A stretch of 63,364 nucleotides of DNA, counting the filler, from Octopus bimaculoides (Eukaryota), in NCBI RefSeq assembly GCF_001194135.2. It is 8 parts of 6 records of this genome, joined end to end, with 100 filler letters (N's around TTAATTAATTAA, not from the genome) between each part and the next. Parts side by side here need not be neighbours in the genome. Positions count along the whole stretch, not along the records: positions 1 to 11,145 come from NC_068982.1; positions 11,246 to 17,228 come from NC_068995.1; 6 more parts are not named here. One strand, written 5' to 3'. Every line of letters starts with the position of its first letter. Position 1 is the first letter of the stretch. Position numbers and translations under genes: made by a program. This document shows, piece by piece, positions 1 through 13,736 of this stretch. The notes beneath the pieces were generated by a model. It searched no databases, was not told where the DNA came from, and worked only from the letters and a program-made list of their open reading frames with translations.

Positions 1-39
<39 letters not shown>

Positions 40-746
40 ATATATATATATACACACACATACATGTATGTATTTCTATATGTATACAGGATACGTCTGT
101 TTTTTTTTTTTTTCAGAGCAAAACTTTTAAGAACCATAAATGATCCAAACATTAACTAAAGGTCCTCTCTCTTTTTAGCCCCGACATGGAAGCTTCGAAC
201 CTAGGCATGCCGTAGCCACCAACCAAACTGCCGCTGAAATTACTACTTTGTTAAATGTCGCAAGGTCCTTCGTGTTCAACATCAGAAAAAAGTTCCTGAT
301 ATGTAGCGAGAATTTGTTTCTGGAAACCAAAAGAGAAAAAATCACATCCTCAACGGCTAGGTATTGTCAGAAAAGCTGAATTTGTCCAGCAAGTTGAGAG
401 CATCCTCAGCAAAAAGCCAGGCGAATCAATGTGGGCCATTACTAATCATTTCCATGTGTGGCAGTTAGCGATTCGATGTGTGGTGCATCAAGATACCCGG
501 TAGAAATCCTATGCTATAATTCTATGTTATCACATTCCATATGTGATAAGAATCGTATGGTGAGTAGTTTGCGTTCCAACTACATAGCTGCGGGTTCCGG
601 CCCGCTGCGTTGCATCTTCTACTACAGGCCCGAGCCGATCAAAGCCATGTGAGTGGATTTAGTAGACTGAAAAACTGAAAGACTCCCGTCTTACATACAT
701 ACATACATACATACATATATACATATATATATACATACATATATAC

Positions 747-777
<31 letters not shown>

Positions 778-964
778 NNNNNNNNNNNNNNNNNNNNNNN
801 NNNNNNNNNNNNNNNNNNNNNNNNNNNNNNNNNNNNNNNNNNNNNNNNNNNNNNNNNNNNNNNNNNNNNNNNNNNNNNNNNNNNNNNNNNNNNATATACA
901 TATATACATACACATATACATATATATGATGTATGTATGTGTGTGTGTGTGTGTGTAGAACTCC

Positions 965-2140
965 GTACGCAGACGCCCACAGGCTTGTCTGTCTCTAACT
1001 TCACATGTCAGCAATGTCAGGGAACGAATTGTCAGGAGGAAGCTGATCACGTTCCTGACACCCCACATGGCTTCCGTTCAGGACGATATGTAACAAGTTA
1101 CAGAGACTGGAAGTAAAAAACAAAGGCCAGCTTGTGGTAGTTAATGGGGTCCTCTCCAAGGAAACATTAATGGCAAGGAAAATGTGTCACGGAACTGTCT
1201 TGGGGCCGTTGCTATTTGGGTTGGCTTTCTCAAGCATGCCATCAGTTTCCCAGACATCCACACTTACTGACTATGCCGACGATACAAAAGTAGCACAAAC
1301 AGTCAAGGAACCTCTCGATGCTAATCCTTAACAGAGAGACCTAGATGCCATATATAAATGGGCAGAAGAAAAGAATATGCAATTTAATGCTGAAAACTTA
1401 CAAGTCCTCCGCTATCAGCCAGCTTATGCTAACACGCCGCAACAAAGATACATTGCAGCAAAAAGAGTGGCAATCCCAAAGTCGAACATAGTGCGTGACC
1501 AGGGGAATGGCATGAGAAAGAACACCTTGTTTCACCAAAGTTGGTGGAAATATGCAGGCGAATGGCTGGATGGGTGGTTCTGAGAATCTTCAGAGCAAGG
1601 GAGAAGGAAATTTTACTGGTCCTATGGAGGGCATTTATACTCAGCTATCTGTAGTGCTACTCTCAACTGTAGTCACTCCACAGTGACAAATTAATAGCAG
1701 AACCTGAGGCAGTTCAGCAGTACTACACCAGGAAAATTGAATCAATAGAGAAGTTGAGTTACTGGGAGAGACTGGAAGAATTATGACTCTACTCTTTGGA
1801 GAGATATGCGTTGATACAGATGCGGAAGAACCTAGACTTTGGAATCTTTAGTTATACCAGCTCCCGAATAGGACGTCATTGCACTGTCCCAATGGTCACA
1901 ACCACCCAGGTACTGTAATAGCTTGGGATTCAAAAACTTACATCTTACCAATATCTAATATCTTGCCAAAAAAACCTGGCTGTCCAAGATCCCAGATGAA
2001 CCTACATCATGGCAAGAAACTCAAACGGGGGCAGCATTATCGAACTCCCTCCTTCACAAAAAGCCAACCTCATGAGAATGGCCAACGAAAAGGTGATGAC
2101 AGTGACACTACATGTATGGACATGCTAGAAATATGTTAGC
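965..2140 (+). mobile_element. Decayed CR1/L2-like LINE, 3' part of reverse transcriptase
   Basis: Frameshifted motifs GTVLGPLLF, YADDTKV and RDLDAIYKWAEEKNMQFNAE. Confidence 0.85.
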
Positions 2141-3569
2141 TTACTCCAATGAATAATTTTTTGTGACAAAATCCATATCAATCCAACCTCTTTTTTAAAA
2201 ATCTAATTCTAAATTTCTTAAAAGAAATCAGTTGGCACTAACACTAATTTTGACTCCTCTTTGACCTAGGATTTTGTGCAAATCGGTCCTGTATTATCTA
2301 TCAACATTCTTATATGATCCTCTTCACCAACACAATAGTATTATCTTCCCTCACATACATGCTCGATTGAACCCAGACAATAACAATCTTCCCTTATCAA
2401 ACTTAGACTGTCTCCTTTCAACTCACGGCTACAAGCACATGTTTTCCTCCTATCCTTCTCGATATTTCCTTCTTACACAACTACTTTGCATTTCTGCCAG
2501 ATTTATATGACACCTAAATTTGATATACATTGCTCCACTCAGCAAGACAACGCTTTCCCAAAAAGTCTCCCCAAATTAAACCATACTGTGATGACGGCTA
2601 GCAAGAGCCGAAACTTCGAATCTAGTGTGAACCGTTCTTGTAAAAATTAATATGACGAATTACACAAAGTATTATGACCTTTCAATTTGATGCTCAGCTG
2701 ATTTATATAACTTTCAGGTTTCTTCAAGGTCAAGTTTGTCTTTCATCCCCCTGGTGGTCGATAAAATAATATCAAATACTGTCGCGATATAATCAGGTAG
2801 CAAACTTTCGTTGCCTCAAGAGTTATTGGTCTTTTACCTAAATTAGAATTATTAGAATTATTTTATACGAGTGGGGTGTAGGAGAGCGGGTAGTATCGAT
2901 AGAGATTCAGAGAAAGTATTTCTTCTGGTTTTAGGCGGCGTGCTGGTAGAACCCCACCATTACCACATCGGGAAAAACGCTTAGCGGAATTTCGTCAGTC
3001 TTTACGTTCTGAGTTGAAATTCCGGGTCGACTGTGCCTTTCATCCTTTCGGGGTCGATAAAATACGTACCAGATCACTTGGGGTCGATGTAATCTATTTT
3101 CCCCCTGTTCTAAAAATGTTGGCCTTGTATCAAAATTTGAAACCTGTATTTCTTTCGGCTCTTTATTGCCGGGAGAAACTTTGCTTTTCACCCTTTCGGA
3201 GCCGATAAAATAAAATACCCGCTAAGCTTAAATTAGAAAGAATTAGTTGAAACAAGGAGAAAATTGAAAAGTAAAATGTTTTTTGGTATTAAGCGTCGTC
3301 CCTTTATGCCTTCAGCTCATATGTTGCTAAAGTTAACTTCGTCTTTCAACTTCTTCTGAGGCTGATAACATAATGCAACATTCAAGTGATGAGTGTTAGT
3401 TGAACTTGCCACCAAAATGTATAACCTTCTGCTTAAAGCACGAAAGAAAAGAGGTGGAGTGGGGGGTCTGTGCTTATAGATTTTGGAAGTTGTCCAACTT
3501 CACTGAATACATTGATTTTGACCGGTGTGTGTATTGTGTGTGAGTTGTGCGTGTACGTGTTTGTGTGTG

Positions 3570-3617
<48 letters not shown>

Positions 3618-3972
3618 TTTTTTTGTGTGTGTGTATAGAGGGAGAGATGGTTAACTCGATGTTGTTTCAGTATTTGTCACTTTTTAAGTGTAAAATTATC
3701 TCCTTAGCAAACGATTTTTTATAACCACGTGTGTGTGAATGTGTTTGTGTGTGTGTGAGAGTGTGTGTGTTTGTCTGTATGCGGTCGTGTGTGCGGGTGT
3801 TTGTGGGTATATTTGTGTTTGTGCTAGTGTGTTTGTATGGACGTGGTGTGTGCGTGTGTCTGTGAGTGGTGTATATGTGTGTGTCTGTGTTCGTGTGCGT
3901 GATTTTTGTGTGTATGTGTTTCTGTGTATGTGTAACACTATGTTGAAAAAACTATTCTATCTCAGATACATA

Positions 3973-4008
<36 letters not shown>

Positions 4009-5180
4009 TGTGTGTGTGTGTGTGTGTTTGTGTGCGTGTGTGTTTGTTTGTGTGCGTGTCTTGAATTACTGTGTATATGGAAAGGTATGTTCTTCCCTAG
4101 ATATATGTGTGCATGTGTTTATGCGTTTGTGTCTATCTGTGGCTCTGTCTCTGCCTGTGAGTAGTGCCAGATATGTTGGACACTAGATACAAATGTCATT
4201 TGACAATAAAAGACGATGTTGTTGCACTTTGACAAAGAATTTCACTTTAAAATCATTCCAAGGTGTCGGAATCATTGATGTCTGCCAGACTAAGTAGTTC
4301 CTATTATTATTATTTTGCTAGTTTATCCTATCAGTATAAGTACTGATGCACCTCATTACGTTCTGAGTTCAATCCTGAAGAATTTCTCCGAACTACCAAC
4401 TTTAAACAAGATAAAATCTCATAGTTATTTTTAGCAGAGGCTCAAAACCAGAACTATGTGGCGGTAGACGACTCGCGATTATATCGAACCAAGTACATAA
4501 CTGGTATAGTACATTATTTTATCGACCCCAAAAGTATGAAAGACAAAGTTGATCTTGGTGGGATTTGAACAAAGAGTGTAAAAAAAACTGTTACTAAATA
4601 CCACAATGTATTTTCTTTGAGGCACTGACCACTCTACCAACCATTGTTTTTTCTAAAGATTCATAATTTTAATGATAAAATGAAAACCAAATCGTAAGGC
4701 TACCATTTCTACTACCACCAACACTATCACCACTACTACTATAACTATGAATATCATAACCACTACCACCATAACCTCCTCTACCACTAGCACTTCCATC
4801 GCTACCACCATAACCACTACTACCATCATAAAGATAACTACAGGCAGTTAATTTGTCACCAATATTTCACTTTTACTTTCGTTTATCGCCTACGTCGCCT
4901 ACGGAAATAAAACATAAAGGGAGTTAACAAAGTACAAACCCTTACATTTACCAAATTTCATTATTATAAAATATCAATAATTCCTTATAATATTAATATA
5001 AAAACACAAATTTTCCAGGGGAGAGTCCAGTCGAATCCCAATACATAATTTGAAGAGGAGGGAACTGAGAGATCGACAAATGGCGATTGAAAGTACTATG
5101 GTCAAATGAAATATTGCATTTAATACCAACTGATGGTGCTATCAGGTATAAATTGAACGTAAAGATATTTTGACAGCACT

Positions 5181-5237
<57 letters not shown>

Positions 5238-5329
5238 GTAATTATAATAAAACAGTAGAACCCACTGTGATAGCAAAACATAAAAAACACAAGCCAAATT
5301 AAATGGAATCTCAGTGCTGCGAAATACAT

Positions 5330-5700
5330 AGGAAAGTATGACATTACATGGTAAATACTTTATAAGGGCCAGCGATCTTGTGCAAATACAAATACGACCC
5401 ATGAATGGTTGGCTACATCTGGACTCAAATCAGAAACAGAGGACTTAATTATAGCAGCTCAGAAGTAGAGTTTCCTCACTAGAAATTACCCAGCCAATAT
5501 TTTTAAAAGTACTGCTGATCCTACCTGCTGCTTTCGTGGTGCAACCAGAGAAGCAAGTGGCTCCCTCTAGTGCAGTAAAGGCATCGAGAAACTGGAAGAC
5601 TACCGTGATAGAACTGTCACTCTGGGCTTGGGTTATAACCGAAAATGATACACCCAACAACCTTATTGCAGCATCCATGAAAAGCAACGGATTTACCAGA
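5330..5700 (+). mobile_element. Dong/R4-type RLE non-LTR fragment downstream of a (TAA)n tract
   Basis: GWLATSGLKSETEDLIIAAQ...RNYPANI...DPTC matches the same region of the 18.7-20.6 kb element (LKPETEALICAAQEQ). Confidence 0.7.
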
Positions 5701-5799
5701 TCTGTGGCTCAAACAGAGCGGAAGAAAGTGAATTTATCCGTTTCTATACACTCATTAAGCCACACTTGAACGAATGAAAATGCTGTTTATTGTATTGAG

Positions 5800-7900
5800 C
5801 AAACTATACTCTCCCCAACTAGAAACAATAACATATTAATTAGACCTCTGTTTCACCAACAATGTGGAACTTATCTACAATGTGAAGATATCACTGACAA
5901 TCTTCTTGGACCACAACAAACTAGAACTGACGGTCCAAAATTAATTAAAGATGTATTCAACATAGATGGCATCTAAACCCTATCCTGTCTTAACTTCTAC
6001 AAGGCTGACTGGAAGTCAATTGAAAAATTGGATTGTCCAGCAAAATTAGCTTAAAAGTTTCTCTATATAACACATTGATATAAAACTTAAAGAATTCGTA
6101 TCAGTAATGCGAGCCAGAAGAGAGCCACTACATAAAATATATTCATTGAGACCGGAGAGTCTGTAGGAGACAGAGAATAAAGATCTTCAATCGCTTAAAT
6201 AAATAACTTAATATCAGCGAGAAATACCTCCTCAAAGAAGCACTGTTAAAGACCGAAAACAAACTCAGACTCTCATGAAAAGGAAAAAGGGTAGAAAGAG
6301 AAATCAGCGCGGTGGAAAATATAAAAATGAATCTAAAAGCCTTCTACAAGTCTGCGAAAATATCTGCCGTGCACTACTGGACGGGGCTACTGTTTCAAGA
6401 AACGGCTCACGAACTATAGACCCCATGCGGATAAGTGAAATGTTGAATAAATAATTCCAGTGTGTTTTTGCCTCTCTACTGGGAAATATGGAAATAAGCC
6501 AATCTGATGAGCTTTTCAACATATCTGCATGGGAAAGAAGCAACCATCGGTTAGATCGACATAAAAGAGAAAGATAGACTATTGACTGCAGATCTACATG
6601 GAAAAGAAGTAACTATTGGTTACATCGACAGATGCAATATCGGCTATTGATAAGATAAACTCGAACTCAGCAACGAGCTTAGATCGATTTCTTTGATACG
6701 CAAGAGAGCTCTCGCAAAACCACTACAGATACTTTTTCAGTGTTTCCTTACATGTGGTAAACTTCCCAAATTGTTAAAAGCATGTATAATATGCCCTGTC
6801 CATAAGATGCTAAAAATTGCAAGCTCATCCCTCTCACTTCACATTTTAGCAAGGCATCGGTGGAGAATTAGGAGAGTAGCTGAATGATTGTTTTAAAAGG
6901 CAGAAGTTACACAGTTGCAGCCAATGATGCACTCTCTTGGGAGACTTCAATTCGAAGTGGACTTCCTCAAGGAACTGTGCTCGGACAACTACTGTTTGTG
7001 GTGGCTTCAGCCATGCAGTCAGCAACTCTCATCAGTTATGCTGAGGATGCAAAATTATGACAGGCAGTCAAGGTACCCGATGGCAGAAACACCAGGATGC
7101 AATATACAAATAAGCTGATGAAAATAACATGCTGTTCAATGCTGAGAAGCTTCCAGCACTCTGCTATCGGCCCACAGACAGACTACAATCGAAATGCACA
7201 GGACTATGGTTGTAGTTCCCTCCCAGAGTAAGATTCGGTACGTGGTCTGGGACTCCACAGGAGTAATGGTGCAACATTCATGTGTATATTACCAAGATGT
7301 CAACTCTGTGCAGGCGAGTAGCGAGATGGATCTGAGATCATTCAGAACCAGGAAAACGAATACCATGCTACTTTCATGGAGAACAATAGTTTTCAGTCAC
7401 CTGCATTACTTCTCCCAATTGTGGGCACCGCAGATCATCAAATTGGTGGCGGAACTTGAGGCAATCCAGCCTCACTACACAGAGAAGAATGACTCAATGA
7501 AACAGATGAGATACTGAGAGAGGCTAAAGTAACTGAAGCTCTACTTCCTGGAGAGAAGACATGAAAAATATGCAATGATATATATATAGAAGATTCTGGG
7601 AGGTCTATCTCCCAACTTTAGAGCCGAAAGGTATACCAACCACTGAAATGGACGACACTGCATAGTACCAAAGCTCGTGTCTTCTCCATCTAGAATAAGG
7701 ACCCGGCACTATAAACAGCTAGGGTTCCAATGGTCCACAACTATTCAATATTCTGCCAAACAACCTCAGATATTTATGAGGTGCAGACGGAGGTCTTCAA
7801 AGAGCATTTGGACAAATTTTTATCTGAGATACCTGATGAACTCACATGGCGGCAGGAGGTACAAAGAAGATCGCTCCGTCTAATTCGCAACTTCACCAAA
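5800..7900 (+). mobile_element. Decayed CR1/L2-like LINE, related to the 965-2140 copy
   Basis: Remnants CIICPVHK, SGLPQGTVLG, YAEDAK, QLWAPQ and FKEHLDKFLSEIPD, with many stops and frameshifts. Confidence 0.85.
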
Positions 7901-8419
7901 AATTGTACAGAAAAGAAATCCCAACACACTCAAAAACGGTTCTCCAGCATGAGCTCAACCTCTGGCTGCAACCGGTAAAAGGTGAAAAGGTAAAGGCTAT
8001 ATGTATTTTGTATCCGGCTTGCAAGATTTTTATGCGAATTCGTGTGCTCAAACAAATTTTGTTGTGTCAAGGAAGAGTCATTATGCTAATATAATTAACA
8101 GACACTGGTTCAATTCCACTCATTTATTAAATATCCGATTGTTTTGCTTTTGTTTGTCAAAGGTGTTTTGATATATATATATATATATATATATATATNN
8201 NNNNNNNNNNNNNNNNNNNNNNNNNNNNNNNNNNNNNNNNNNNNNNNNNNNNNNNNNNNNNNNNNNNNNNNNNNNNNNNNNNNNNNNNNNNNNNNNNNNN
8301 NNNNNNNNNNNNNNNNNNNNNNNNNNNNNNNNNNNNNNNNNNNNNNNNNNNNNNNNNNNNNNNNNNNNNNNNNNNNNNNNNNNNNNNNNNNNNNNNNNNN
8401 NNNNNNNNNNNNNNNNNNN

Positions 8420-8902
8420 AGGTGGTATTCATCAACTTGCAGACATTGTATTGTACCAATTTACCTGTTTATTTGTTTAATAAAAGGACAATAATAACAA
8501 TATACAAACACATGCGACATATTATGTCATATCAGTAATTAAAAAAGGACATCTAGTGACTATGTAAGTTTTTATAGTTTTTATATTTTTATATTTGGAT
8601 ATTTTAAATTAATTTTATGAACTTTATAAAATCTCTGAAGAGGCCTAGAGAATCATCTATGTACCTCTATTTCATCTATTAATTACTTCAGCCTATTGGA
8701 GTGATATAGATAGAATGTCACCTCTAGACTGAAACATTTGTAAGTCATTGTCCCATTTTCTGTCACTAGATGTCCTTTTTTAATTACTGATATGACATAA
8801 TATGTCGTATGTGTTTGAATATTGTTATTATTGTCCTCTTAGTTAACAAATAAACAGGTAAATGGACATAATACAATGTCTGCAAGTTGATGAATACCAC
8901 CT
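8420..8902. repeat. ~140-bp inverted repeat (8420-8560 / 8762-8902) around a ~200-bp spacer
   Basis: The left arm aggtggtattcatcaacttgcagac...ggacatctagtgac is reverse-complemented in the right arm with a few mismatches. The left arm abuts a gap. Confidence 0.9.
8630..8749 (+). ncRNA. Degenerate Penelope-type hammerhead ribozyme
   Basis: CTGAAGA at 8635-8641; stem II ggcctagag/ctctagact (8 of 9 pairs, long loop); GAAA at 8731; short stem III ACA/TGT; GUA triplet; stem I eroded. Confidence 0.45.
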
Positions 8903-9089
8903 ATTCCCCTTCATTTTCTTATTGCTATATAAATTAATGGTAAAATATCTTTTTACCCGAACACATTTATTGCCCTTGGTAATACAAAGGAAAAACACTA
9001 GTGTAATAATAATTGGGTATTCTTCCGGCAGTATATTGGATAGATATTATCCCTTAGTGGGTTGGATTCACAACCCCTAACTTTCTTGG

Positions 9090-9124
<35 letters not shown>

Positions 9125-9169
9125 TGTATATATATGCGCATGTATATACAACCATGGAATACCATAGAG

Positions 9170-9312
9170 ATGGCAGGCAAAGCTGAACGATCTTAACTGT
9201 GCTGATGATATCACATTAATTGAAGAAAGCAGTACAGGTCTGCAGGAGTTGACAACAACACTGAAACAAAATGCAGAGAAGATCGGGCTAAGGTTCAGTA
9301 AAGGAGGACCTA
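9170..9312 (+). mobile_element. Small non-LTR reverse transcriptase fragment (RTE-like)
   Basis: KLNDLNCADDITLIEESSTGLQELTTTLKQNAEKIGLR, a degenerate FADD motif. Confidence 0.7.
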
Positions 9313-9929
9313 ATGTATACATACATACATACATACATGCATATATTACATTATGTACATACATACATTACATTATGTACATGTGTGTGTATGTATATAT
9401 ATATATATNNNNNNNNNNNNNNNNNNNNNNNNNNNNNNNNNNNNNNNNNNNNNNNNNNNNNNNNNNNNNNNNNNNNNNNNNNNNNNNNNNNNNNNNNNNN
9501 NNNNNNNNNNNNNNNNNNNNNNNNNNNNNNNNNNNNNNNNNNNNNNNNNNNNNNNNNNNNNNNNNNNNNNNNNNNNNNNNNNNNNNNNNNNNNNNNNNNN
9601 NNNNNNNNNNNNNNNNNNNNNNNNNNNNNNNNNNNNNNNNNNNNNNNNNNNNNNNNNNNNNNNNNNNNNNNNNNNNNNNNNNNNNNNNNNNNNNNNNNNN
9701 NNNNNNNNNNNNNNNNNNNNNNNNNNNNNNNNNNNNNNNNNNNNNNNNNNNNNNNNNNNNNNNNNNNNNNNNNNNNNNNNNNNNNNNNNNNNNNNNNNNN
9801 NNNNNNNNNNNNNNNNNNNNNNNNNNNNNNNNNNNNNNNNNNNNNNNNNNNNNNNNNNNNNNNNNNNNNNNNNGGCGTGTGTGTATAAATATATAAAAGG
9901 ATAAAGAGAGCAATGGTAAAGTTGGAAAT

Positions 9930-11145
9930 ATATTTTATGGATAGAGTCCTACAGCTGTTTCAGGGAAGATCCAATGCGTCCCTTCATCGGAGACAGAAAT
10001 AGTAAAGGAATCGATTATTATATCCATAAACGGAGAGTTATAGGAAGTGAGAGTGAGTGTGATGCGCTGAAAAAAGAAAGAAAGAACAGTACTTGGAGTG
10101 TAGCTTCATTCCAGTAGTAAGTATCCGTGTAAAATAATCCTTGTGGGAATTTTCCGGAGATAGTTGCTGCAGCAAAGGCTGAAATGGCAGAGGTGGATAT
10201 ATGCCATATCGTGTCCGAGGCATATTGCTTGTGTTTACTTGAAGGATGTCTCAAATCAAGTGAGAGATGTGTGTAGGGTAAATAGGTCAAGTCTTAAAGA
10301 CAGAATGGGAAGGGGATAGAGGAATGATTCCGGTGGGGGATGGTAGTGGTATATTTTTTGTGGTCAGTTAATCTGACTGGACAGATAGGATGAGTATTGT
10401 GAGGGAAGGAGGAAGGGGGGATGAGGGTAAAGGTTTAGTGAGGAAGAAGGAATGCGTAGAGGTAGTATATAGGTGGTGGGGGTATGGGTGACAAACCAAG
10501 GACAGTATTAAAGGAAAAAAGGAGAGAGAGAGAAAGAATTAGTAGTATCATATTCTGAAATATAGCTAAACCTAATTTACAGATGGCGGAAGTGGGATCA
10601 AAAGTTACGAAGTAGCCTGTATGCAGTGGTGGTGTTATTGTCAAGTAAGTGTAGAGGAAGTAGATTTGGGAACATATATTGAGTAGTGATAGGATAAAAA
10701 AAATGGTATAAGATGGATGATTTTGCTAGGTCGAATAGGTTGCCTATAGGGAGCTGTGTGATTATGTTGTGTGATCATTTGTGCATTTTTGTTTGTGGTA
10801 AAATTTGAATGTATGGAAAAAACGGTGATTGCAGGTGCTAAATGCTTCATTATATCGATTAAGTAGAGTGGGAGAATTGTATTTTAAAATATGGAACGCC
10901 TCCTATAAGCAAAACTTGCAGTTGGAGCGCTGGCCTTGGTATGGAGTTCCAGAATCTAAGATGGACCATTTTAAAGGATACTGGGTATTTGTGCTTTTGA
11001 GGTGATGAATGTGGTTGGCTAATGTTGTAGATTTACTGTGTTTGTCATATCTAAAAGAGTGCAAATGGGCTGCGTGGCGATGTTTGAAGTTTTTAGTTGC
11101 ACCTATGTATGTAGCTGTAGAGTTATGCAATAGATTTCTTACAGT
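9930..11145 (-). mobile_element. Penelope-like element 3' part (GIY-YIG endonuclease plus 3' repeat region)
   Basis: YIGATKNFKHRHAAHLHSFRY...STTLANHIHHLK...LKWSILD...CKFCL, with the hammerhead remnant at its 3' end. Confidence 0.85.
9946..9994 (-). ncRNA. Type I minimal hammerhead ribozyme with palindromic stem III (core U4 changed to C)
   Basis: Minus strand reads gtct CCGATGA aggga-cgcattggatct-tccct GAA ACAGCTGT A ggac, at the 3' end of a Penelope element. Confidence 0.65.
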
Positions 11146-11252
11146 NNNNNNNNNNNNNNNNNNNNNNNNNNNNNNNNNNNNNNNNNNNNTTAATTAATTA
11201 ANNNNNNNNNNNNNNNNNNNNNNNNNNNNNNNNNNNNNNNNNNNNATATATG

Positions 11253-11292
<40 letters not shown>

Positions 11293-12488
11293 CATACGCA
11301 TGCTTGTGTATATTATAAACACATGTACATATGTATATACTCATATGCCTGTCCATAAATGCTTTCATTTATATGCACAAATATAGATACATGCATGTAT
11401 ATATATATATCCTTGTAACATATATGTATATACGTATGTGTGTATATTTATGTATTTCTATCTACACGCATACATTGACGTATTGCAACTAAACATGTGC
11501 GAGCAAGCTTTTGAGCATTAGTGTATACACATACATACACTCGTATGTATGAATGCACAGATATACACACCTGTGTGATTACACGTATATGTTATTCGTC
11601 AGTTTTTGTATCTGTCAGCATAGCCAGGATGATGATGTTGATGATGATGACTGCCATCATTGTGGTGGTGGTGGTGGTGGTGGTGTTTTTTCCCCTTGTC
11701 CTAGTCATTGATTCCCCACCGACTGACCAATCATCTCATGAGATTGACACACCGACGGGCAGGCAGTGACAGGCAAATAGACACGTATCCAGAAGATTCC
11801 GACTGGGACCAGTGGGATACCATTATTGGTTGGGCGTGGCAAGGTACCACCACCACCACCACCATTACCTAGCTGCTTTTGTTATTTTTATCAAAACATT
11901 CTTTGCAGCCAATTCTCCCAGACGCCTGACTCTTGTTTTATTTTATTTATTTATATTTCCTGTCTGTCTCTTACTCTGTTTCATCCNNNNNNNNNNNNNN
12001 NNNNNNNNNNNNNNNNNNNNNNNNNNNNNNNNNNNNNNNNNNNNNNNNNNNNNNNNNNNNNNNNNNNNNNNNNNNNNNNNNNNNNNNNNNNNNNNNNNNN
12101 NNNNNNNNNNNNNNNNNNNNNNNNNNNNNNNNNNNNNNNNNNNNNNNNNNNNNNNNNNNNNNNNNNNNNNNNNNNNNNNNNNNNNNNNNNNNNNNNNNNN
12201 NNNNNNNNNNNNNNNNNNNNNNNNNNNNNNNNNNNNNNNNNNNNNNNNNNNNNNNNNNNNNNNNNNNNNNNNNNNNNNNNNNNNNNNNNNNNNNNNNNNN
12301 NNNNNNNNNNNNNNNNNNNNNNNNNNNNNNNNNNNNNNNNNNNNNNNNNNNNNNNNNNNNNNNNNNNNNNNNNNNNNNNNNNNNNNNNNNNNNNNNNNNN
12401 NNNNNNNNNNNNNNNNNNNNNNNNNNNNNNNNNNNNNNNNNNNNNNNNNNNNNNNNNNNNNNNNNNNNNNNNNNNNNNNNNNNNNNNA

Positions 12489-12706
12489 GACGATAGTTTG
12501 TGATTTGAGTGAGATTTGGCTGCTCTTTCTAGCAGGTCGAACGATCACGTTGTAGAGCTCTCTGCTTGAAAAGCAATCGTATGCGTCAGAACTTTGCTCG
12601 GCATTTTTCTGTACTTTCCCCCCGAAACTGCGATAATTGTTGATAAGGTAAGGTTCGTGTGATAACCTGACTGGTTCACCTCTCTTTAAGCAGGCATTTA
12701 TCAAAA
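12489..12706 (-). CDS. Candidate exon running into a gap (VLINACLKRGEPVRLSHEPYLINNYRSFGGKVQKNAEQSSDAYDCFSSRELYNVIVRPARKSSQISLKSQTIV)
   Basis: T-run followed by gttgccag| acceptor, phase 1, 72 open codons up to the N-gap. Phase matches the 15215 donor. Confidence 0.4.
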
Positions 12707-13316
12707 CTGGCAACAGCCCGAAAAAAAAAATCCCTTGTTTCCATATTCAAGATTTGGTTCGGAGCAGATCTCTTATTGGATAGAAACCGAGATGAGGTTT
12801 CGAGCTGAGCTTGTCAGAGAGGTTTTTCTGCAGCTCGTTTAGGAAGAGGGCGAAAATTGGGGACATCGATAACAAAAGAATTTCTGGTCCAAATTTCAGT
12901 TGGGCTACTCACGAAGATGTTGGATGCGTCTCTAACTGGGTCCCGAGGGAAGGGTCGTGCCCCTAGCCATCGCAAGCCCTTTTAGACAGGTAACATTGAT
13001 TCCATTAACGTTTCCTCTTGAAGTTCTTTTACACCAAGTATACCAATTAATTACCATAGGAATAATTATCCTAGACTTCCTCAACCTCTTCATTTCCCTG
13101 GCTAAGACCTGATATTTCTAAGATCTAAAAAAAAAAAAAAATTCCTTAGGTATTCACCCCGTTACCATATAGTATTGCAAAGTCTATGATCTTATACCGT
13201 TTATTTTGTCCTCTGATCATATCTGGTCTCTTAGCTTCATTGGAGTGGTCGGACTTAATGAGGAAATCTCATAAAATCTTGTGCTTCTAATTCTCTGTCG
13301 CAGCCTCTGATACGTG

Positions 13317-13348
<32 letters not shown>

Positions 13349-13699
13349 GTTTGTACGTACTACCTTTGTGTGTGTGTGTGTATATATANNNNNNNNNNAT
13401 ATTTTGTCGTGTTTTTTTTTTTAACTTTTTGTTTTGATTTGTTTATTTAATTGCTATTATGTATTTTATTTATTGGTTTGGGTAAAATGATAACATATTT
13501 TGAGAAGATTAGGTGGGATAGCACACACACACATACATACATACATACATACAAGCACATATCAGTCTATTCAGAGTTGAGAGTTTGATAAAATTATATT
13601 GAGCATTATACTATTATAAATAATAATAATATTAATAATAATAATAATGATGATGATGATAAACAGCAACCACAATGTAGTTTTTTGTAAGTGGTCTCG

Positions 13700-13736
<37 letters not shown>

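Noticed and set aside
11190-11201. TTAATTAATTAA embedded in N-runs (also near 17273, 23562, 29490, 46140, 50199 and 60875)
   Set aside because: An identical 12-mer always centred in a gap is a scaffolding spacer, not biology.
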